Shown here in pieces: positions 15,178 to 21,698 of a DNA stretch of 24,378 bases. The notes under the pieces are model-generated. The model was not told the origin of the DNA. It was given only the letters and a program-made list of their open reading frames with translations, and searched no databases. Source of the stretch: a virus. Lineage: Duplodnaviria; Caudoviricetes. Every line of letters begins with the position of its first letter. Positions within the stretch are counted from its first letter, which is position 1. The position numbers and the translations under genes are program-made. The DNA lies in IMG/VR virus record IMGVR_UViG_3300036784_000044, positions 1 to 24,378 of that record; one strand, 5' to 3'.

Positions 15178-15768
15178 TCAGACGGTCCAGGTGGCCGCCC
15201 CGCTGTTGAAGCCGGGCTGCCACTGCACTGACGTGACCTGCTGCCCTGCGGGCAGCTCGAACGTCACCCAGCCGCTGACTACCTGGCCTGGGCTGACCTT
15301 GAACTCGCCGTAGCTGAAGTTGCCGCCGTCAGCCGTGCTGACGGAGCTGAACGAGTACTCGGTCGTGTCGGTACCGATCGTCACGGCGTCGGTGTTGGCG
15401 TCGTCACTCTCCTGGCCGCTCACGCCCTTGATCGTGAACCGCACGGCAGCCAGGTGGTCCGAGCCGTTGGTCAGCGACTCGTACGCGCCGAGCGGCGCGT
15501 GCTGGTCAACCTTGGTAGCCGTCACGTCGTACGTGACATTGGCGCCGTTGTTGTCCTGTGTCGTCACCTCGAACGAGGTGCCGAGCGGCCCGGTGTTGTC
15601 CACCGTCTGTGACGTCGGGGCATCAGTCGCCGGGGCACTGGCGCTGAACGGCGGCGCGGTGTACGACGTGCCGGACGGCGTGCTGGCCGTCTTGATGACC
15701 GGTGCCGTCGCGCAGCCCGCCAGGGCTACCACGCCGAGTGCCAGTGCTCCTATCACTGTCTTTCTCAT
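15178..15768 (-). CDS. Lipoprotein with DUF4352/MPT63-like Ig fold
   Basis: Lipobox LAGC after a basic and hydrophobic leader; Thr/Pro linker; beta domain ending VSPGQVVSGWVTFELPAG. Confidence 0.8.
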   Translation of the reverse strand: MRKTVIGALALGVVALAGCATAPVIKTASTPSGTSYTAPPFSASAPATDAPTSQTVDNTGPLGTSFEVTTQDNNGANVTYDVTATKVDQHAPLGAYESLTNGSDHLAAVRFTIKGVSGQESDDANTDAVTIGTDTTEYSFSSVSTADGGNFSYGEFKVSPGQVVSGWVTFELPAGQQVTSVQWQPGFNSGAATWTV

Positions 15769-16097
15769 GATCTCTCACCTCCCTCCGTTCCTGTGTAGTC
15801 GGCGTCGTACTGGCCGAACCGGCTCGCTACCGGCTCGGGTGGCGCCCATTCGACGGGCTCCTTCAGTGTGGGCTGCGGTCCCATCGAGGTGATCGTCACG
15901 ATGGCGTTGTCGAAGCGGACTGACCGCCACGTCCCGGCGACGTACTCCGCCACCTTGGTCCGTATGCCGCCCCGCCAGGCGTAGACAGCCAGGGTGCCGC
16001 TGATGTGGGTCCAGTCGTATCCCCGGAGTCTCTCGGCTACGTACGTCTCGTGGTCGCTGTCCCTGGCCAGGACCGTGATCTTGGTGTTCTGCTTCAT
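15765..16097 (-). CDS. Hypothetical protein, 110 aa
   Basis: AAGGGAGAAG RBS and ATG 16097 (MKQNTKITVL). Confidence 0.7.
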   Translation of the reverse strand: MKQNTKITVLARDSDHETYVAERLRGYDWTHISGTLAVYAWRGGIRTKVAEYVAGTWRSVRFDNAIVTITSMGPQPTLKEPVEWAPPEPVASRFGQYDADYTGTEGGERS

Positions 16098-16112
16098 GGT
16101 CTTCTCCCTTGT

Positions 16113-16170
16113 GCTAGTACTGCTGGGCTGCTGCCCCGGCGCGGGGGCCGGGGCAGCAGGCAGGACTAGC
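16113..16170. terminator. Long intergenic hairpin
   Basis: Perfect 13-bp core CTGCTGCCCCGGC/GCCGGGGCAGCAG extended by CTGC/GCAG and GCTAGT/ACTAGC; begins just after the TOPRIM gene stop. Confidence 0.55.
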
Positions 16171-16177
16171 CGGTACT

Positions 16178-17104
16178 TCACAGCCCGGCGTCGTCCAGGT
16201 GGGTGATGATGTCGGCTCGCTCGGCGTCGCCGCGCTCCTCGACCTGATCGGCCACGTCCTGGTCGTAGACCAGCTCGCAGGCGTCGCGGATCTCCTGGGC
16301 CAGGACGTCAGGCGGCAGTGCTTCAGCCTGGACCGTCTCGTCCATCTGCTCACCGCGCCGGTCGGTCGCCTTCTGCGGCGCCGTGGGCAGGCTGAACCGC
16401 TCGATCTGCTCCGGGGTCACGACGATGCGCCGGAACTCCAGCTCGCCGCTCACCATCTCGCGGGTGAACGCCTCCACGTCGGCCGCCAGGCTGTCGATGA
16501 TCGCCAGGCCGCTCGGGTCGTAGTCGCCCACGTGCAGCACCACGACCGGCTTGTAGCGCATCTCGGCGGCCAGCCGCTCGGCGGTCTCGTACTTGTCGGT
16601 CAGGCCGTTGAAGCCCCCGGCGCTGTAGACGTCGATGCCGAAGTCGTGCGCGACGGTGGCGGCCTGCGGCACCATGCCGGTGGCCTCCACCCACAGCTCG
16701 GTGTAGACGGGCTGGTCCAGCGCCTTGTCCAGCGAGAAGTGCTCCCCTGAGTAGCGCACCGCCCGCCAGAACTGGTCAGCGTCGCGGTAGCCCCCGGCCG
16801 GGCGGCTGGTGGTCCCGTCGTCGCGGATGTACTCGAACGGGATCAGCCTGGCCCGCCGCGCCCGGTTCAGCATCTCGCACAGCCGTGCGTACGCCTTCTC
16901 GGTCTTGTCGTAGCCGTGGGCGCCGACTAGCCGGTAGAAGATCTGCCGGTTGGTCAGCGGGAGCTGCGCGCTGTACTCGCGGAAGATGCCCTGCACCTGG
17001 TTGAGCAGGACGTAGGTGTCCTCCCGGGGGTTCCACGGCGCGAAGCCGCGCACCCTCGTGGCGGTGTACTCCCGCCCTGAGATCGTGCTTTCCTGGACGG
17101 CCAT
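16178..17104 (-). CDS. Topoisomerase VI-A/JetD-like wHTH + TOPRIM protein
   Basis: LTNRQIFYRLV (5Y-CAP-like Tyr), ELWVEA (TOPRIM Glu), GDYDPSGLAI (DxD), QIERFSLP, AEALPP; AAAGGAGG RBS. Confidence 0.8.
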   Translation of the reverse strand: MAVQESTISGREYTATRVRGFAPWNPREDTYVLLNQVQGIFREYSAQLPLTNRQIFYRLVGAHGYDKTEKAYARLCEMLNRARRARLIPFEYIRDDGTTSRPAGGYRDADQFWRAVRYSGEHFSLDKALDQPVYTELWVEATGMVPQAATVAHDFGIDVYSAGGFNGLTDKYETAERLAAEMRYKPVVVLHVGDYDPSGLAIIDSLAADVEAFTREMVSGELEFRRIVVTPEQIERFSLPTAPQKATDRRGEQMDETVQAEALPPDVLAQEIRDACELVYDQDVADQVEERGDAERADIITHLDDAGL

Positions 17105-17131
17105 GGCCGTCCTCCTTTCTCGTCACCTGGC

Positions 17132-17377
17132 TCAGGTGTTGGCCAGGCGAATTGTCCAGTAGAGGCTGATGAGGATGCCCCAGCAGTACAGCACCGGCAT
17201 GTGCACGCCGACGCTGGCCAGGGCATGGCTGACGATCGCGGCGAAGATGACGAGCACGAGCATCGACACGACAGGCAAGATCCACGCCGCCAGCCGGTCG
17301 GTGCGGGCGCGCTCGGCTGCTGCCTTCGCACGCAGGTCAGCGATGTGCTGGCGCCGGTTCGGTGTCTCGGTCATCAC
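17132..17377 (-). CDS. 2-TM membrane protein, about 81 aa
   Basis: Basic N-terminus and two hydrophobic segments; GTGA coupling. Confidence 0.7.
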   Translation of the reverse strand: MMTETPNRRQHIADLRAKAAAERARTDRLAAWILPVVSMLVLVIFAAIVSHALASVGVHMPVLYCWGILISLYWTIRLANT

Positions 17378-17565
17378 CGCTCACCCCACTCGTGCACCTT
17401 GATGACGTTGGACGGCGGGTAGCGGAACACGCCCCGGTTGTTGTCCAGCGTCACCACCAGCCAGCCGCCCGCGTCGTAGCCCATCCTGGCGGCCTTGTAC
17501 GTGTCGATCTGCTCCTCGCTCTGGTTGCCCCGGTAGTGCACGGTCAGCTCCTTGATCCAGTTCAC
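17374..17565 (-). CDS. Hypothetical beta-rich protein, 63 aa
   Basis: GAGGAGGT RBS; GTG 17565 (MNWIKELTVHY). Confidence 0.7.
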   Translation of the reverse strand: MNWIKELTVHYRGNQSEEQIDTYKAARMGYDAGGWLVVTLDNNRGVFRYPPSNVIKVHEWGER

Positions 17566-17720
17566 GCTGGCACCTCCTCGGCGGGCTCCGGGGCGGGGGC
17601 GATCGTCTCGTGGGACCGGGCGCGGTGATCGAGCAGCCTGCCACGGCTGTCGAACACCCGCTTGCAGTCGCCGCACACGTGGTCCCGGCCGTCCGGCTCG
17701 TAGGGGTTACGCGGAGGCAT
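17562..17720 (-). CDS. 52-aa single classical C2H2 zinc-finger protein
   Basis: Not in the ORF track. MPPRNPYEPDGRDHVCGDCKRVFDSRGRLLDHRARSHETIAPAPEPAEEVPA; fills the gap and overlaps both neighbours; GGAG RBS. Confidence 0.8.
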   Translation of the reverse strand: MPPRNPYEPDGRDHVCGDCKRVFDSRGRLLDHRARSHETIAPAPEPAEEVPA

Positions 17721-18051
17721 CGCGCACCTTCTCCCCGGCGCCGCGAAGCGCCTCCAGCATCACGTACTCCCTGCTGTCATTGATCCCCTTGGACCAGGCG
17801 GCCAGGGCGTCGTGGATGCTGGTTCCGTCGTACAGCTTCTCGTAGGGTGTGCCAGGGCTGCTCACGCCCTCTACCCGGATGTGGTAGCCAGTCTTGGCTG
17901 CCGCGTCGTTGCGCTCCAGCAGGTTCGCCAGGCGCTCGGCGTCGGCCGGGCTGATCTCCACGACGGCACGCCAGTTGGTGGCCTGGAGACCCAGGCTGCG
18001 CAGCCGTGCCGCGACTTCCTCGGCGTACGTGCTCGCTGAAAAGTCAGGCAT
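17707..18051 (-). CDS. Hypothetical protein, 114 aa
   Basis: TGATG coupling at 18051 (MPDFSASTY). Confidence 0.7.
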   Translation of the reverse strand: MPDFSASTYAEEVAARLRSLGLQATNWRAVVEISPADAERLANLLERNDAAAKTGYHIRVEGVSSPGTPYEKLYDGTSIHDALAAWSKGINDSREYVMLEALRGAGEKVRDASA

Positions 18052-18563
18052 CAGACCATCGCCTCCCTCTCCAGCCGCTCCAGGATCTGCTCCCAGGTGT
18101 GGGCGCCGACCTTCTTGTCTGTCATGAGGTAGCCCAGTTCGCCCAGGCGTGCGGCGATGCGCTCCCAGCGGGCGGCTTCGTCGGCCTTCTCGCGTGCCTT
18201 GTCCTGGTACGCCTGGACCGTCTCGTCCCACTTCGCGATCGTGTAGTAGGTGAGGCTGCGGACGTAGAAGCCGCTCGGTCCCCGCATCTTGTCCCTCGGG
18301 CTGGCCCGGCGGATCTTGCCCTCGTCGGCCAGGGCCTTGAGCGCCCGGTCCACGCGGCCGGTGAACTTGTCCTGCTCCTTCGGCCGGTCCCACTGGTAGG
18401 TGGACCGCAGGTTGCCCATGCTGGAGCCGAGGCGCTTCGCGACCAGCTCGTACGTCTGGTAGTGGACGGTGAGAATGCCCTGTTCCTGCACCTCAGCCAG
18501 GGCGGCTTCCCTGATCTTGTCCGGCTTGAGGTCGGCCAGGTAGATGTCCTTGCTGTCTGTCAT
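18051..18563 (-). CDS. Hypothetical protein, possible winged-helix, 170 aa
   Basis: AGGGAGAAG RBS; TYELVAKRLG...RVDRALKALADEGKIRR resembles a wHTH recognition helix and wing. Confidence 0.7.
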   Translation of the reverse strand: MTDSKDIYLADLKPDKIREAALAEVQEQGILTVHYQTYELVAKRLGSSMGNLRSTYQWDRPKEQDKFTGRVDRALKALADEGKIRRASPRDKMRGPSGFYVRSLTYYTIAKWDETVQAYQDKAREKADEAARWERIAARLGELGYLMTDKKVGAHTWEQILERLEREAMV

Positions 18564-18586
18564 CTTCTCCCTCTTTCCTGTGACGA

Positions 18587-18634
18587 CACTTCTGTCATCA
18601 CCTCACCGAACGCCTATGCGTCGGTCCATATTCC
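18587..18634 (-). promoter_or_regulatory. Repeated 16-bp box plus SigR/SigH-type consensus, copy 2
   Basis: GGAAT-N18-GTTC (18634-18608) followed by GGTGATGACAGAAGTG (18602-18587). Confidence 0.5.
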
Positions 18635-18874
18635 GCCCTGCCGTACGAACTCGCGGCCGGTGCCAGCGACCCGCAGCCGGTCCCCGTCGCGGACGTCGCT
18701 GCTGGCCTGGAGATGCGCCAGGCATTCAGCTAGGTGCTGCTCGCCGGGCACGATATGCACCCGGTAGTCGCCCCGCGCGTCCTCGCGTGCTTGCAGCTCC
18801 GCTACCTGCTCGCGCAGCTTGCGGATCTCCGTCGCCTGCGCCTGGATCAGCTCGTCGGCGCTGTCGGCGCTCAC
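18614..18874 (-). CDS. Hypothetical protein with N-terminal coiled coil, 86 aa
   Basis: GTGA-coupled start at 18874 (MSADSADELIQ). Confidence 0.65.
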   Translation of the reverse strand: MSADSADELIQAQATEIRKLREQVAELQAREDARGDYRVHIVPGEQHLAECLAHLQASSDVRDGDRLRVAGTGREFVRQGGIWTDA

Positions 18875-19122
18875 GGCTTCGGCTCCGAGGTGACTATGCC
18901 GGAGCTGTACGTGCCAGGGGGCGGGGGCGTGAGGCTCGGCGGGTTGACGGTCATCTTGTACATCGGCGGCGAGGTCGGCACGACCTGGAAGCCGAGGATG
19001 CCGAGTGTCAGGACCGCGATGGCGATCCAGTGCACCTCCGGGTAGTACTGCTGGGTGGCGATCAGGACGGCCAGGGCGGCTGTCCCCAGGTGGCGGACCA
19101 CTGCCCACCGGCCGGGGCTCAC
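18871..19122 (-). CDS. 2-TM membrane protein with Pro-rich tail
   Basis: Two short hydrophobic helices; coupled at both ends. Confidence 0.65.
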   Translation of the reverse strand: MSPGRWAVVRHLGTAALAVLIATQQYYPEVHWIAIAVLTLGILGFQVVPTSPPMYKMTVNPPSLTPPPPGTYSSGIVTSEPKP

Positions 19123-19343
19123 GGCCGGGCCTCATTGCACGCGATGGCCGCGTTAGCCCACATCACGGCCTCACGGACCTTCGTCAGCGCCTGCTCCTTC
19201 TCCGGGCTGTCCGGGGCCAGCTCCTCGATGACGGAGACGAACATGCCGCCCCGCTGCCGGATCTCCTGGTACCTCTCGGCCTGGTCCCTGATGGGCGGGT
19301 GGTACGTAAACCAGTTGTCCAGGCGGCTCTCGTCTAGTGCCAT
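19119..19343 (-). CDS. Acb2/Tad1-like helical-hairpin protein (candidate nucleotide-signal sponge)
   Basis: WFTYHPP...QAERYQEIR...IEELAPDSPEKEQALTKVREAVMWANAAIACN. The SxEKxxAxTxxxEAxMW hairpin resembles the C-terminal hairpin of Tad1 as I recall it. Confidence 0.6.
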   Translation of the reverse strand: MALDESRLDNWFTYHPPIRDQAERYQEIRQRGGMFVSVIEELAPDSPEKEQALTKVREAVMWANAAIACNEARP

Positions 19344-19371
19344 CTGTCTCCCTCGGGCTTAAACTTGGCCT

Positions 19372-19626
19372 GTGACGTCGCCCTATGTGCCTGTGCTCAT
19401 GACGGCTCTGACGCTGCTCCAGCAGACGGCGTGGTCCGGGCGCCTCCCTAATGTACAGCCGGGCGCTACTTTCTGGTGCAAGCCCGTGGATGTGGCGCCG
19501 CTGACTTCCGCCGGGTACGCCAGGGCCTGGCAGGCAGGCGACCCGCCTGCCCCGCCGTGGGAGCCGCCGTGGACGGTGCACGGCTCGCCGGGGCTGGCGG
19601 CGGGCACCACCAACGCGAGCCACTGA
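19372..19626 (+). CDS. Hypothetical protein, 84 aa; only plausible plus-strand gene, leaderless
   Basis: Fills a gap lacking a credible minus-strand gene; GC3-rich codons; TAAACT (19360-19365)-N6-GTG. Confidence 0.6.
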   Translation: MTSPYVPVLMTALTLLQQTAWSGRLPNVQPGATFWCKPVDVAPLTSAGYARAWQAGDPPAPPWEPPWTVHGSPGLAAGTTNASH

Positions 19627-19706
19627 CCCAAGCCGGAGGAGTACTTACCGGATTAGGCCCGCCCCGTGGTGCTTGCGGGGTTCCAGGGCCAGCAGCTCGC
19701 GCGCTT

Positions 19707-19765
19707 TGGTGGAGGAGACGGGGCTCTACGCCCCGGCCAGCAGCATGGCTTCGCGCGTCTCCCCC
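19707..19765 (-). ncRNA. 59-nt tRNA-Ala-like mini-RNA with encoded ACCA end
   Basis: GGGGGAGAC/GTCTCCTCC-ACCA 9-bp stem with a G3:U wobble; adjacent hairpin GGGGC-GTAGA-GCCCC; inner hairpin GCCA-TGCTGC-TGGC. Confidence 0.35.
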
Positions 19766-19802
19766 GTGAGGCCGCCGTGATCGGCGGCGGCCTGCTGCAT
19801 CG

Positions 19803-19922
19803 TGCCGGGCAGCGGAATCGAACCGAAGTCTCCTCACCGGCCCTGCTGGTACTTTCCCCTCGCGATAGGGATTTCCCAGGTCATCGGAGCGGATCGGGGC
19901 TCTGCCACTGAGCTATCCCGGC
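19803..19922 (-). ncRNA. tRNA-like RNA B with about 50 extra nt in the anticodon/variable region
   Basis: GCCGGGA-TA-GCTC-AGTGGCA-GAGC (textbook D arm)...71 nt...CGG-TTCGATT-CCG-CT-GCCCGGC-A; acceptor stem 6/7 paired, T stem 3/5 paired. Confidence 0.55.
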
Positions 19923-19930
19923 CTGGTCTC

Positions 19931-19968
19931 CCGGCCCTGCCCATCCGCTGCCACGGAAGCAGGGCCGG
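19931..19968. terminator. GC hairpin between the upstream stop and tRNA-like RNA B
   Basis: CCGGCCCTGC...GCAGGGCCGG 10-bp inverted repeat with inner CCG/CGG. Confidence 0.5.
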
Positions 19969-19971
19969 AAG

Positions 19972-20310
19972 CTAGAAGGGGCGCGTGCTGGGCGTGCCCG
20001 GTCCCATGATCGGGTACGCCGACGCGCTGTATGGGTAGGCGCTGGCGGGCTGCGGGTAGGTGCCCGGCGGCAGGCCGGTCTCCCAGATCTGCCGCACCGC
20101 GTCCGCGTCCGCGAACGCCGACTTGACGCCCTGCGCGTACTGCTGCGACAGGCCGAGGCCGCCGCTGCCGGTCGCCTGGAGGTCAGCGACCGAGATCCCG
20201 GCCAGCAGGCTTTGCAGCTCCTCGATGCCCTTCAGCGCCTGGTGGAACTCCCACAGCCGCTGGGCAGCCATCGCGATGAGCTGCACTGGGGTGATGTTGT
20301 CGGTGATCAC
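19972..20310 (-). CDS. Hypothetical protein, 112 aa
   Basis: GTGA-coupled; helical composition. Confidence 0.7.
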   Translation of the reverse strand: MITDNITPVQLIAMAAQRLWEFHQALKGIEELQSLLAGISVADLQATGSGGLGLSQQYAQGVKSAFADADAVRQIWETGLPPGTYPQPASAYPYSASAYPIMGPGTPSTRPF

Positions 20311-21044
20311 GGCTGCGAACCGGGCTCGGGCTCGGCCTGAGCGTCCTGGGCCGAGGCGCCGACCGGGGCGGCCCCGCCCTGCTCGTTGACGCGCTCAGCG
20401 ACCGAGATGGACGACTTGAGGTCGGCGGCGAGGAAGCGCGCGATCTCAGGGTGGCGCGCGGCCCAGTTCTCGACCGCCTCGTAGATGTCCTTCAGCCGCA
20501 CCAGCGTGGACGGGTGCACCGCGAGGCTGGAGATCGGGTCGCCCGTGTCCCCCATCGTCGCCTCGGCCATCGTGACCGGCACGCCGCTCTCGTTCGAGGT
20601 GGCCGGGCGCCACTCGGGCGCACCGTGCGGCGGCATCTCCAGGAGCTGCGGCCCGTCAGATGAGCCGGACCCAGCTTCCGTCCCTGGCTCCGATGGCGGC
20701 GTAGGTGACGGGTCCGTAGACGACCCGGCAGTAGGGTCCTGCGCGAGCGGCGTGATGATCACCGGCTCGTCGGCGCGTATCTCACCAGTGCCGCTCAGGG
20801 ATGCCTCAGTAGTTGTGCCGCCAGGGGCATCTGGCGTAGAAGCGGCATCCGTCTCCGCAGGCGTAGCAGACTGCGTAGGGTCCGGCTCAGAGGGCTCCCC
20901 CGGGCCAGGCGACGATGAAGTTGCCGGTGCTCCTGGTGATGCAGAAGGAGTAGTGGGCGCCTCCGGCTGCTCCGCAGGAGATGCAGGAGGCGCGTCCACC
21001 GGAGTTGTCACGTTGCTCGTCGGGTAGAACGGCTGGTCGCTCAT
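20307..21044 (-). CDS. Acidic Pro/Ser/Thr-rich largely disordered protein, 245 aa
   Basis: GGAGG RBS before ATG 21044 (MSDQPFYP); short helical C-terminal domain. Confidence 0.7.
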   Translation of the reverse strand: MSDQPFYPTSNVTTPVDAPPASPAEQPEAPTTPSASPGAPATSSSPGPGEPSEPDPTQSATPAETDAASTPDAPGGTTTEASLSGTGEIRADEPVIITPLAQDPTAGSSTDPSPTPPSEPGTEAGSGSSDGPQLLEMPPHGAPEWRPATSNESGVPVTMAEATMGDTGDPISSLAVHPSTLVRLKDIYEAVENWAARHPEIARFLAADLKSSISVAERVNEQGGAAPVGASAQDAQAEPEPGSQP

Positions 21045-21127
21045 CGCGGTCCTCCAGGGCTCGCCGGTCGTCTGAGCTGAATGGTCCCATAACTTCCCCG
21101 CATCTGCCTGCCTAAGCCAGGGCGTGT

Positions 21128-21220
21128 CTAGCGCCCGGCCTTGATGCAGGTGGCGCACTTCTGGCCCTCGCTGCTGGTGTTGCCGCCGCAGCTCGGGCAC
21201 TTCGGCGGGTCGTTCGGCAT
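21128..21220 (-). CDS. 30-aa CxxC-x10-CxxC Zn-ribbon microprotein
   Basis: Not in the ORF track. MPNDPPKCPSCGGNTSSEGQKCATCIKAGR; ATG 1 nt after the upstream stop; AGAGGGG RBS. Confidence 0.7.
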   Translation of the reverse strand: MPNDPPKCPSCGGNTSSEGQKCATCIKAGR

Positions 21221-21221
21221 G

Positions 21222-21341
21222 TCAGCCCCTCTTCCTGTTGCTGCCCGGCCGCTTGAAGCCAGGCAGGTTGGCTACCGCCGCGTACGCGGCGATCCGCGCC
21301 GCCAGCCGCTTCGCTGACTTGCGCCCCTTGACTCCGCCCAT
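21222..21341 (-). CDS. 39-aa highly basic microprotein
   Basis: Not in the ORF track. MGGVKGRKSAKRLAARIAAYAAVANLPGFKRPGSNRKRG; strong GGGGAGGT RBS. Confidence 0.7.
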   Translation of the reverse strand: MGGVKGRKSAKRLAARIAAYAAVANLPGFKRPGSNRKRG

Positions 21342-21346
21342 GTGTG

Positions 21347-21697
21347 TCACCTCCCCGGCATTGCCAGGCCGCTGCTGCCGTTGCCGCCGGGCAGCAGGTT
21401 GGTGACCTTGATGCCCATGCAGTGCGTCCAGCAGAGCTGCGACACCTGGTTGTTCAGCGTGAACGAGATGCCCATGCCGACCGATAGCTCGGGCAAGTCC
21501 ACGCCGGGCGCCAGGTCGATCATGTTCATCCTGCTCGGCCCGTCGCCGCGCTCGGCCCTCTCCAGCTTCTCGCGGACGCCCGGCTGGTTGAGCACGCTCT
21601 CCTTGTAGAACCCGATGCAGACCATGCAGAACGTCCGCCCGTTGGGCGGCTGCGGCCCGTCCAGGATCACGGCCACCGGTTTGATCAGCTCGGCCAC
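21347..21697 (-). CDS. Hypothetical protein with CxxC...CxxH
   Basis: FCMVC and LCWTHC; AGGGAG RBS. Confidence 0.7.
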   Translation of the reverse strand: MAELIKPVAVILDGPQPPNGRTFCMVCIGFYKESVLNQPGVREKLERAERGDGPSRMNMIDLAPGVDLPELSVGMGISFTLNNQVSQLCWTHCMGIKVTNLLPGGNGSSGLAMPGR

Positions 21698-21698
21698 A

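Noticed and set aside
19726-19800. 24-codon ORF MQQAAADHGGLTGETREAMLLAGA resembling a tmRNA tag, suggesting a whole-region tmRNA
   Set aside because: No RBS, and the ORF crosses the mini-RNA stem; the topology fits neither one-piece nor permuted tmRNA.
8115-19922. Calling the tRNA-like elements functional tRNAs with a defined anticodon
   Set aside because: None has a 5-bp anticodon stem with a 7-nt loop in the canonical position.
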